Assembly: GCA_040954595.2 (NCBI GenBank)
Contig: CM082578.2
Location: 14,290,304-14,354,303, forward strand
Origin: Balanoglossus misakiensis
Taxonomy: Eukaryota; Animalia; Hemichordata
Direction of reading: 5' to 3'
Length of the DNA: 64,000 bases
The notes beneath the pieces are model-generated. The model made no database searches. It saw only the letters and a list, made by a program, of their open reading frames with translations, and had not been told where the DNA came from. Of the stretch, positions 40,780-52,795 are shown one piece after another (position 1 is the first letter of the stretch; each line of letters begins with the position of its first letter). The position numbers and the translations under genes are program-made.

Positions 40780-43118
40780 ATGGAGAAATCCTTTGGCAGC
40801 GCAAGTTACTACATCACTGGTGTTTCTATCGCACTGATAGGCGTTGCGGGTCTCTTGGGTAACAGCATGGTGGTGTTGGCCTTCGTCAGAGAGAAGAACT
40901 TACGCACGCCGACAAATATGTTTATCCTCTCGATTGCGGTGAGCGACCTGGCCATGTCGGTTATGGGCAATCCGTTTTCTGCTTCTTCAAGTCTCGCAAA
41001 GCGATGGTTGTATGGAGAAGGTGGTTGCAAGTGGTAGGTTAAGTAGTTTCTCTTTTGTACAGAACAGAATATAAAAAGAATCGGCAAATGTAAGAATTTT
41101 TCTTTAAATTGTAGGACGCTTTATTCCCCTCCCTATTTTCAAGAGAGAATTTCCGTGTGCAGAGATCTACGAATAGGCAATACGAATTTTACAAATAGGT
41201 TTCATTTAGCCAAACCACAGTCCCTCCACACAGTGACTGTGGCCAAAGGTTTGACATGAATATCCGATTTTAAGGGTAACCAAGGTCCCTGAATAAGATG
41301 GCTTCGAACATTGTCCTTTCTTACAGGTATGGTTTTGCCAGTACTTTCCTTGGTCTAGTTTCGATGAACACTCATGCTATGATCGCTGTCGACAGATACA
41401 TCATCATCGTCAAACCGCACATCGGTAAGAGAATGGTGTAAATGTCATCACTTATCAACTATTAAAGAGAGCTTTCAGTTTTTGACTTTTACCCCGTGTT
41501 GGTATTAGTATTTTCATCCGTATCTGTGAACAGTGATCAAATTGAGAACCCCTCCGTTCTATTGCTTCCCTTACAGGCATAACCATTACAAACCAGAAAG
41601 CTGTAAAAGTAGCGGCCGTGGCTTGGTTATGGTCCTTTATTTGGTCTATATTTCCCTTGATCGGCTGGTCAACATATACCTTCGAAGGTGCGGGCATCAT
41701 GTGTAGCGTGCTGTGGCAATCTGACAAAACCAACGTTCTGTCGTACGTCGTTTGTCTCTTTCTCTTTTCATTTGTCCTCCCGATAGCCATCATGGCGTTC
41801 TGCTACGCTGGTGTGTTTTTGAAGATGAAAGCCACGGCCATGATTCAGGAGTCTTGGAATCAAGATTCAAAGCAAAATGCCATAGTGTAAGTTATACAAA
41901 GTCGTTAACTTTTGACATTAATTTTATGTACAATCATGTTATGCATCATTGAGCAAATCTACAAAAACTGGTACAAAATTTCGATATGTGATCAACTAGA
42001 AACACTTTCTCTTTTTGGCCTCATGCGCACTTTCACTTTTGAATGAGTCATTTGACGTGTTTTAAGTGAGAAGACCCTCTTCACAATCTCCACCGGGGAG
42101 ATTGTGAAGGAACCGTCCTCCTGCTGAGGTCCGCGTTTCGAAGGCCGTTCTTTATGTAGCTCTAAACGTTTCCTTGTTTCCCACACAGACAGAAGAAGTT
42201 CCTGAAAGTAGCCCTCATGACTGCCATGACCTTCTTAGTTTCATGGTCACCATACGCGATAATGGCACTTATAGCAACATTTGGTAATCCGAACGCCATC
42301 AGTCCCGTCTCTGCAACAATCCCGGCAGTCTTTGCGAAGACAAGCATTATCTACAATCCAGTTATATACGCCGCAATGAACAAAAACTTCAGAAAGGCGT
42401 TTCTTGAGGTCAGTTTTCGGTCTTTTCCCGAATTTTCTGCATAAATAGACCCTGCGTTTGTGCACAGAACTTTTTATTGGGAAAGGGGGGGGGGTCAGAT
42501 GTTCATAAAAGGTTCCCCTTAAAGTATGTTATTTCTTCTCTCAGATGTTGCCTTGGTGTCGTCAGACGGATGCAGGCGAAGCACCTCAGCCAACGTTAAT
42601 CACTAATGTGCGATATCGAGCTTCTGTTACAAGTAAGTGCGATCAGGACTATTACCTCATAAGCAGGGATATGTGCTGACTTGGAATTCGAGCTTACAAG
42701 CGACTGTGCTTGTGGCGGTTTTCCCGGGAGAATCAATAACACAATAAAATATTTAAAAAAATGGGAAGAAAATAAGTATATTATCCGATGTAGGAACGTT
42801 TCAGAAAAAATGACAGCACTAAAATAACCATAAAAAGTCAGACTGTAAATCATTAATTGGGTGTAATGATTTTGGGTATTGGCAATTATTGAAATTAATG
42901 ATCGACAGTGGAATTTTGGGATATGGTATTTGCTTAATTGAGTGTTGTAGACACGAACTGGCGAATTGTGGGTGAGAGAGATTTTATATGAATAAATTTG
43001 AATTATTTCAGTAGATGCTGCTGGAACGTCAAGAGTGTCTGTAGACAACCGTAGAACAACAGAGGCGGCAGTAGATGACTTCACTCTTCCGGGGGAATCA
43101 TCTCAACCTGCAACTTGA
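40780..43118 (+). CDS. Opsin (rhodopsin-family GPCR with retinal-binding lysine), ~358 aa; exons 40780-41033, 41327-41424, 41577-41886, 42189-42408, 42545-42632, 43012-43118
   Basis: Motifs seen: GN in TM1, LRTPTNMFILSIAVSD, WLYGEGGCKWYGF, DRY, GWSTYTFEGAGIMCSVLW (E181 equivalent at 41684), WSPYA, and FAKTSIIYNPVIYAAMNKNFR (K296 equivalent at 42337-42339). Splice phases are consistent. The last two exons are less certain and the subfamily is unresolved. Confidence 0.92.
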
Positions 43119-43799
43119 TCGATTCATGCCCTGCCAGGAACGATCCAGAAGACAAATAGGATCCTATCCGATATGATTCGTTTCAATTCAATTTCGACCA
43201 ATATAGCTCTATTCAAGTCAGACTGACCAATACAGTTAAATTAAGATAAAAACAGCAGTTTCATTTCTGTGTCCGTGAATTGTTCGATGTGTTCTAGTTA
43301 TGTTTGTGTTGGTCACCTTTGATAGCGTGTTGCTTGTTTGGCATTCAAAGTAGAAATGAATCTGCCCAAAACTTCAAGTTGCTATGTATAATCATGGTAT
43401 AATGTATAGGCTATACCTTTGCGCGAAAATTGTAAAGATTTGAAACTGCAGTTTTTTCACAGACTTTTAACTGACCCATTAATGTTAATTAATATTGTGA
43501 ATAAAATAACCGTTTTAAGACAATAAAGTCTGAATGACTTGTTTTTGAGCCCCGGGCTTTGAGCATGGAGCTTGAAGGGGACTCGCTCCATCCTGTGAGT
43601 GAGTTCAACAAACATTGGCAAAAGTGGGCGTGGAGTGCGCCCCAAGTGGTGTAATTCAACTTTTCCTCCTCAGTGACACTGTATGTCAATGGAAAATCAG
43701 GTCTGCACCCTTTCTACTGCAAGGATGGAGCCCACTCGCGACTGTGGTGTGCGCTGAACCCGGGGGCTGCATGAAACACCAACCGACAGCCACATGGTA

Positions 43800-43998
43800 C
43801 TTGGGGAAACCCCCTTAGTCAAATTCGATGACGTCACGCCCATGCAGTCTCGTTTTCACAATTCGGGGAAATCCCAGTTGTTGTGGTGGAGTCGACTGAC
43901 ATGCAGTCAGTCGCTTGCGTGCTGAATTTTACTCTATTTACAGCGCTGCATGCCACATTATTTGTCTGATAGTAGCTCACACCATGCTGTTTAAAAGG
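43800..43998 (+). promoter_or_regulatory. Putative NF-kB/CRE promoter module upstream of the DED-DD gene
   Basis: GGGGAAACCCC at 43803-43813, TGACGTCA at 43829-43836 and GGGGAAATCCC at 43865-43875. A donor-like AAG|GTATGA at 43997/43998 suggests a non-coding first exon. Confidence 0.6.
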
Positions 43999-45564
43999 TA
44001 TGATTCATAACTTCATTGTTTTTTTTTACGTATTACCGAAAACATGGTAAAAGCAAGCTGCACTGCAGTCGCACGTTCGCCTAGTTTCACTCTGTAGTGT
44101 AGTGACTATTTATAGTATGCAGTGCACGTACAGGTAGAGCAGATTCGGAGCGTTTTCAGACATGTATATCAAACTGTAGTACCATTTTGTGTGTAAGACC
44201 GAAAAGAAGTGGTGGTGGTTTCTCCACTGACACATGAAAATGCAAGCTATCAATTTCAATGGTTTACGTGAGATGCATTAAGACGACAGTACGTGTTTGG
44301 CAACTTGCCTGATGCTCCCGTGTTCAAACACCTTCAGATTTGCTTGGTGGGCGTGGCTTAATGCATGTTGCATATGAATGAAGTTATCAAAGATCGAAAC
44401 TTGTGTGCGTGGAGAGCACCTGTATGGTAGAATCAGCATATCCAGAGAATAAACACATAAAATTTGGCGAAACCTGCTATAACTAACAATGTTACAAGTT
44501 TATGATTGTACAGTATGCTTGTCATACTGATTATCTGGTAATTTAGTATCATGTCTTATGCCCTGATGCCGTTCATTTATTCTATGGCCAATATTTCATG
44601 CAAAGCTACATAATATCAATAATTTACCCTGTTACAGGTTAACAGCTTTTAGATACCAATTCAAACTGTCAAAAAAAAAAAAAAAAAACTTGTGACAGTC
44701 ACAATGACCTGTGATATAATATCAACTTCTGCATTATATGAGTCGGCAGGTTTTATGTCAACATATTTATTTCTTTAATACTGGTATTATATTTGTTTTG
44801 TTTCTCTAAGATATTTTACTAAAATGTATTTCCTTGACGTATCTGCTATGTTGGCATGGTGTCATTTCCTTCTTCACCCAGATAATTCCTGGTATATTTT
44901 GCACTGTTTGTTCTATTTATGTGAAGGAGAACATTTCCATAGAACACTTTCTAATCTACTTCTTTATACTGGGGACCTGCAGTTGAACATTCTACCATCA
45001 AACTGACAACTATATAAAGTTGTGTGAGCCTGCAAGGCATACTCAAGGTTTCACTACGTCATCACAATTTTGCATCCGTCGATCAACAACTGAAAGACGC
45101 TGTGTCATAGTTGTGCACAGCCACTTTCAATATGTATTGTAAGTCCGCCATTGTTACAACTGAAAGTAGTGTATTGTGCATACTCTTCGAAAGACTTGAC
45201 TTCAAAAGAGCAAAATGCGTTTGAAACCTTGGTTTGCATCAGCCCTATACTTATAGTTATATCGAAAGTGAAGAGTACCTTGCATCATAGAAATTCCAAA
45301 TGTATTGTGTCATTGTTGACCTAGACGACGGGATCATACAGCTACTGCATGTGCAAGTACTTTACTGTTAGTTGTTGTTGTGGAAGAGATGTTTCCTTAT
45401 CCAACAAAACATATACAGCTACTGGGTAAGGTACAGGTACTTTTTTCATATACATGTAATTGCATGCATGTATGTATAAACATGCACACACATACGCACG
45501 CACATTGTAATGTGTCAGGACTTCCTTTTTTTCCCTGCCAGGTTGATATGATCCACCAACCACA

Positions 45565-48500
45565 ATGGGAAACATCAGTTCAAAAGAACAACTTTTGAAA
45601 CTACAGCAACGTCTTAAGCAACTTGAAGAACTTCTATCACTGGTAGAACCCTTCTACCTTGCAAATGTGAAAGTAAAACAGTCGGAAACAGAGGGCTTTG
45701 TGGATGTGGAAATTGTCAGAGCAGATCATGTGGAACCACCGCAGGAAATCTGCCAAGATGCTGTTCCCTTTCGTGGAAAACCGAAGGATAATACAGGTCT
45801 GTTGCAACAACACAAAATACAGCCACTGAAGGCAAGTTGGCAGCATCAAATTCCTCCCCAAGAGGGAGGACAACTTGCGGAGCATGTTGAACTACAACAG
45901 CAGCCTCATGCAGGATTGCAGCAACCACAGACGCAGCAAGACCAAGAACAGTATGTGTTGCAGCTGCATGAGCAACTGCAGAGGGACAGATCTCTTGAGA
46001 AACAGGTGCTGCAGGAACAGCAGCAACTTTTCCGTGAAACAGGACAACAGTCCAAGCCAGTCACTGAACATCAACAACACCAGATGAACCAAGACCAGAG
46101 TCGACAGCAGTTTCATCAACAGAATCAACAACCGGTACTTCAGCATCAGATTGAGCATATGAATCTGCAACAGACTGGCAATCCATACTCCAACTACATT
46201 GGTCCAAACGTTGGCTACAATGGGATGCTCAACGATGTCTGTAATGGCATGACGACAAGGGATCTAGCCAGTGTTAAAATGCTGATCAAACCAGGTTAGT
46301 GTTATTCAACTTAGCAGATAGATTGTTTCAGGCATATTCCAAGACTGCAAAAAAATTCCATTTCTATTACTATTGGAGATTTTATAACAACGAATGTTAA
46401 TTGTCTACTTTGTACCAAATGTTCGCATATCATTGGATGCCAATTTCCTCCTTTGCTTTCATCTTTCCTCTTCAGATCCAATCACTGAAAGCCTGCGATC
46501 AATCCCGTCCAGTTTACTGGAACAAATCGTGACATCTCAGGACCTGATGACTCAGCTGGAACATCAACTTCTGTTGTCGCCACTGAACCTGTTCTTCCTG
46601 CAGTTTTTGATGATTCGAATTGACAGAAGAGACCTCCACAAAATCATCTACAGATACGGCAAATCCAGGGGCAACACTCTGCAGTTCTTTGTGAGCGACA
46701 GACCTCGAGGTGAGAGTTTATGAAGGAAGCCTAGAGTTACACTCCATGTACAACCTGTCTATGTGTACAGATCGACACAGCCCATTAACCTTTTCACCAC
46801 ATGATAGTTTGGTCCAAATCCATTGTTTTCAATAAAGTTGGACCTCTATAGTGGAATCTGGGGGGGGGGGGGGGGTGAAAGGTTGTACATATACTTCTGA
46901 TACAGTCTAGAGTGGAGACTAGCCTATATGTTTACATGAGTGCTTGTTCACAGTGTGCCAAAATGGCTTACGTTTGTGATGGTGTTACTACCCTGACCTA
47001 TTGAATGTATGCATGTACTTTATAAAATCCTGTAGCACCATGGTATTTACAAGTGCCACATTTCTCATTACATTAAAATCCACTGTTTGCAAATTACTGC
47101 AGATTCTGGATGGATGTACGTGAATTTCCATTTCCAAGGAAGTTTGGCTCACTTTGATATGGACAACATCGATCAATTTCGGGGATATCTGCAGCAGGAA
47201 TTGGGAATCCCACTGGAATACATCAACGTCTCAGGCATACAGCCCGGAAGTGTAATTGTAACATTCCAGCTGCCGGAAACTTGCGCTGAGAATGTTGAGA
47301 CAATGATCAGAGAACAGAACTTCTGTCAGAGGTACAAGATCAAGGCAGCACAGATTGACGGTCAAGATTTGGTGACATTCAATTACCCAGGTAATTTCAT
47401 ATATTGCGGTCAATATTTTATGTTGATTCTGAGCAATTACTTCACATTTTTTCCATGAAATGACTCTGTGAAAAAATAACACTGTGAAAAACAGACTGTT
47501 GGTGGGAGAATAATCTGAATAAATTGGCCATTTTCTAATTCCTGTTCGAAACTCTTCACCCATTGATCACTTACTATCTGATTTTTAATCTCTGCAGATA
47601 ACATATTGCACCAGACCACAACAGCATCCGTTGAAGATGAAAAGGGGATTCTGGTGGAATCTGAGACCAGACTGACCCACTTGCAAAAGGGAGTGGAAAT
47701 GCTGCTAGATGCAAACTCAAAGCAGCAAGAAGAGCTTGAGCAATACCAGATGGCAATTCAAGATGCCAAGGAGGAGGTGGAAAAATCCAAAGAAGCTGAG
47801 CTAGTGCTGGAGGCACGACTGGTAGAGATGTCAAACTCAGAGGCCAAGTTGAAGGAGAGGATTTTGCAGCTGGAAAAGCAACGGGCAGAGGATGCAGACA
47901 CAGTACAGGTTCTGAGATTTGAGAAAGAAAAGCTGAGAAGAGAGAATCAGAAAACGAAAGAGGTGTATGAAGGAAGGAAGTCGGCATCGCAGAGTGCAAA
48001 CGGAATGAATTCTGGGATAGAGGTGGGTCTGTGGAGTGGAAGCAAAGTTCAGTCAGGGACAACAGGAGGGACAACAAAACCTGAGGCTGACGTTCCCTCC
48101 CAGTCAACAAGGAGGCGATCATGGTTTACAAGCAAGTCAACGCTTGAATTAGAAAAAGTGAAAGCTGAAAATTTGGATTTGAGGAACACTTGTCGCGTAT
48201 ATGAAGAAAAGCTACAGCAAATGGAAGAGCAGTTGAGGGACTACAGTGACCAGGTGATGATGCCAGGAGAATCCAAAGCTGATAGCATTCTGAAGATGTC
48301 AGCCGCCTTGAGGGAGACTCAGGTATTTCAAGTGGATTCCATGACAAAGCAGACGGAGAGACTGATACGGATAATTAAAAAGCAAAATATTGAAATGCAG
48401 TATTGTGATGAAGAGGAGAGCCAAGCCTTTGATTCTGGTTTGAAAAAAAAAGTCTCTTCACTGATCGTCATCTCTGGGACACTGGAAGAGATCAAGAAAC

Positions 48501-51443
48501 GGTTAAAAGCTACAGAAGTTTTGTGTTACACTGGAACAAAACCGAAAGTGAACCGGTCGAAATCTGATTCTGATGTTGATGATGACATGAAGTCTGCATC
48601 AGAACCTGCAGAGTCAATGGAATTGGGACCAGGTAGCATTGAGACGTCAGAAGATGATGACAGTCACACAGGAATTGAGATGAAAATGACGAGAACAAGG
48701 GAAAAGGAAGAAATCCACAGATCTAGTGCAAACTCAGTTCCGGATGAGGCCGACCGAAAAGCGATTCACAACCAATCAGGATCTGCAAATGCAGAGGGTG
48801 CCAAGCAGAAAGGAACAACGACAGTGACCAAACCAAATGATGGACCCGTCTTAGGCAGGTTCAAATTTGGTGCACAGATTGGCAGGTTGAACTCTGACCC
48901 TGATCACGATGAAACGGAGAGAGGCAAGGAAAGAGAGGCTCAGTTCATAGATCCGTTCATCATGGCTCTGTCAAATGTGCTTGCCATGAACGCTGCACCC
49001 TCATCACCTGGGAGAAATCTGGGAATTGGTAGTGGGTTTGCCTTTGGTTTCTCCAGTGGTGCAGGTATGCTTGCTGATGATGATCCACTTGGAATGATCT
49101 GCTCCCCAACAGACCGCCAGTCATTGAAGTACGAGAGCATTGGTGCAGGACCATTTGCCTCACAGCTCTCTCCCACCACGAACTCTCATTGGCATATTGG
49201 CTCCAGCATTGACCTAATAGAACCAAACCACCGAACAGCAGAATCTTGCCCAGAACCAAACACAGACAGTACTGCACAGCAAAACAAAGGTAATGGTCAC
49301 AAAAATATAATGGTGTTTCACATAGTTTAGGCCCTAGTTGCTGTGTCATCTATGGATTTGCCTTAAACACGAAACATGATTGGCATTTGAGGATCCTATT
49401 CTTCCCAAGGTGTCATTCATCAACCTGCCCAACCACATTTTTTCAAAATGGTTACTCTGGTTATTTGCAATGGTTAGGGTTTTATCACGTTCTGTTCATG
49501 TACCTCACACCTGTTTTTCTTGCTTGAACAGAAGTAGAAGTATCCGTGTATCTGAATAATGAACAAGAAAAGGACTCTGAGAAAAAGCCAGAATGGATTC
49601 TGTGTTGTGAAATTGGCATGAGCTATAAACAAGTTGTAAAAATGATCGGAAATATGGTAAGTGTGAACTTCTTATAGTTTTTGAACAGCAAACTTTGACA
49701 CCCACTGTATGGAATCCATAGGATATGTTGTTTGTCCGGGAGAATTGCTTGCTCAGCAATGCACAGGAGTTCACTTTGATCTGTTCATGTTCAGAATCAT
49801 TTCCAAATTCTCCACCAATCACACGGATCTCCAACATCTCCACCAATCACACACTGCAATTTTCCCACTGGACAGGTGTTCAGCAAGACAGAGACAACCC
49901 AGTTTACGGTCACTGATCTGCAGGAGAATCCCCTCGATCTGTTTGCTGTGATTGAAGAAGATGAACCGGCAGTCCAGCTGAGAGTTGTGACAGTACTGGA
50001 CAGTGACAAATGGGTTTGGCAGTTCGATAAAAGTGACGGAATCCGATACAACAGAAGTAAATGTATGTTTTGTCATTATTTCATTTCAGTTCAAGTTATT
50101 TCTGCATAAGTCATGTCTCATGGCAGGAAAACTACTCGCAAAAGATCCTGAAAAAACTTAAATGTTGAATGAGTTTGAGAATATTCCCCCATAGTCTTTG
50201 ACACTTTTGGTCCATACAAAATTACCTAAATCAGTAACCAGATTACACTTGATGACTGAAACGACAAGTCTACATGAGGAAATAGACTTGTGGCTTTTAT
50301 GGCAGAACACTAAGTCTTTCCTTAGTGCTTGTCAATGTGGTATTAACTCTTTGAAATATAACTTTCTTGTGACCTATGTCATGCAGAAAGGATCACCCCA
50401 CAAACAGGATGCTAAAGGTCACATGATAAGGAGGTCAAAGTTGCAGATTAATGAAATTTGGTCAAAAGGGAATGTAGCCTATGAACATAGTCATTTTGGG
50501 GAAATAAGCTTAATCACACGGCAAACTGGGAAGTTACTAAGATGTTAAGTCGTGAAGGTGACCAGCTGTCATTTGCTGATGTTGGATACATCGAACACAA
50601 TTGTTTTCCATGTTTTTTGTCTGGATACTCAAGCATTTAAAATTTTATTACAGGTCCTGAACAAGGAATGTATGCACAAAATCCACGATCAAGGGTATGT
50701 TCAAATCACAGTTACCTCTGTGTTTGACTCATACAGTCAGTGCTGACAAGCTCAACACAAGAGCAATTCATCAAAGAAAGGAAAATTACCAAAAGCTATA
50801 GAGTATAGCTACATGTAGTTCCTCAAATTAGTACATTCCGGAAAAATGCAGGCTTGTGCATCTTCAATGAAATCATGGGTTGCATTGAGGGAAGCCAGCA
50901 GTTGTTTTATTCTGTCATTTCCCCTCACATTTGACAGAGCTTATCGTGGTCCATCGGTGGCAGTAAGAAAATCAAGATAGACGCGGATACCAAGTATAAC
51001 GACTTACCGGTCCATCTGATTAAAACAATGTGCTACAAACTGAAGGACAATCAAGATTGGAAGAGGTTAGCCAGTAAGTATTGTGAGGTAACACCTGCAC
51101 AAAGTAGAATTCTGTGTGAAGGTCCAGGCAGTGTTTGGTGGTGTTCTGTAAATGCATTAAACATAATTTTACTGCTTCCTCTAAAGGGAAGATTGGGTTC
51201 TTGTCTCAAACATGGAACTGTGTGGTAAAAAAGACCTACTGAGATTGTTTTTATTTCCCAACAGGAGTGATCGGCAAGACAGAGAACCAAATCCGTCAGT
51301 ACAGTGAAAAAAGTGATCCCTGTCTGACAATGCTCCAAGAGTGGGGAAAAGGGAAACATGCCACAGTTGGAGCATTGCTTATTGCATTGAGGTCAACTGC
51401 TGTGAATAGACCAGACATTGCCAACGAAATTGACAAGAGTTAG
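45565..51443 (+). CDS. Uncharacterised death-fold multidomain protein (DED + TRADD-N/SEA-like + coiled coil + C-terminal death domain), ~1203 aa; exons 45565-46294, 46476-46709, 47103-47390, 47598-49289, 49532-49656, 49876-50062, 50654-50694, 50938-51073, 51265-51443
   Basis: Nine GT-AG exons join in frame, and an in-frame TGA at 45544 fixes the ATG at 45565. The DED-like segment is YNGMLNDVCNGMTTRDLASVKMLI...DLMTQLEHQLLLSPLNLFFLQFLMIRIDRRDL (RxDL motif). The death domain is DWKRLARVIGKTENQIRQY...PCLTMLQEWGKGKHATVGALLIALRSTAVNRPDIANEI. Confidence 0.8.
46785..46885 (-). mobile_element. Reverse-oriented copy of the TTAA-CCCTTTCACC MITE family in a DED-DD gene intron
   Basis: TTAACCTTTTCACCAC...GTCCAAATCCATTGTTTTC...TTGGACCTCT...GGGGTGAAAGGTTG is the reverse complement of the internal sequence of 19367-19460, with an expanded G run. 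Confidence 0.6.
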
Positions 51444-52795
51444 AGATGTACTGTCAATGTCTTGTGAGTGATCTGTGCTATGCTTTGAGTACAGAATGAT
51501 CTGTATCGGACAGGAACTGAGAAAATTGTTTGATTTCCAGGAGTGTCTGGTTTATAGACGTTCTTGCAACATATATGTATGTGAAGTGTCCCAGGGACTA
51601 GAAAAGGGTGTTCGGTATTGATAGACAGGGGCACAATTCCAGAATTGGTATGTGTCACAATCCAAACACGTATTCATGAACACATGTAGTGTGGAGTTCA
51701 ACCTCATATGGGTAATGGTAACACAACTTCTTATTATGCCTAGTTTAGTGTGTTTGGTGAGGGTACAAATCTATATCTCAAATTATTTTAAATATAAAAA
51801 TATTTATATATGAATAGAAAATAACTGATCTTCCAAAGATAGATATGTGTGGTTTATTTTATCAAGTGTCATGCTGTGTTGTCAGTACGTTTTTAACTTT
51901 GTTAAATTAAACTTAAATCTCCATACTGTTACACCAATGTCATATATCATTGTTAAATACAATGCATTTTGACGAAACTTGAGGTGGAGTTGGAATTAAA
52001 ATTGAACAATGGTGTCAGTATTGTAGTTTATGCAATAAATTTTACATGTATATTACTTACCATACATTGTACTTACTTGATCCTGGTCCGATACATTTGA
52101 CGTGTGGTAAACTTTGAACAACCTTTCTGGACCCACCAGTGCTTACGTCGGCCCCATCTCCTCCAGTGGACATATGATGGTACAGATTTGGCAATAATTA
52201 ACACAGATACTCAGAAAAAAGATTAAAATATTTTATTTAAAAACTTCTCTTCACTAATATGTTACAGTTTAATGCCAAATGATGCAAAGTCTCTGGAAAA
52301 TTTTGTTTGGTTGACACTGATTTTTTGCTGAAAGTATGCCTTGCCTTATTTTAATAGTGATGTATGGAGAAAAGATGTCTTTTTCCTGGTGTATCTTTAA
52401 GTTATGTCTGTGAGATTGAAGGGGCAGAGTGGCTGCTATTTATGTAGCACTGTGTCAAAAAACAGTCACACAGCTATGACACAATGTCAATTACAAGATC
52501 CTTTGAAAAAAAGTTCATCATTTGAAGAAAAGTCTATATGATATTATTTACTGAAGTATCTAAAACTGCCCTTGTCTGTAAGTAAAAAAATACCCCTGAT
52601 ATGAAAACACTTAAACAAGTCAAATTTAAAATACAAATGTGAAATAATTCATCGCTTGGTTTAAAGTTATTTGACATGGAATAAACCCATGGAGATTACA
52701 TGTATATATATCTGAAAAAAAGTCCTAAGAATTGTTCAGCTATGTACACTTATAAAAGGCCCAAAAAACATTGCAATTTGCACGTCACTGTTAAA

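Noticed and set aside
49725-49875. ORF MLFVRENCLL... as an extra exon of the DED-DD gene
   Set aside because: Exons 49532-49656 and 49876-50062 join in phase 0 without it, and its frame differs from the downstream exon.
51444-52795. Overlapping 3' UTRs of the convergent DED-DD and Scm3-like genes
   Set aside because: AATAAA-like signals exist on both strands (+52034, -52232) that would end the transcripts without overlap; this cannot be decided from sequence.
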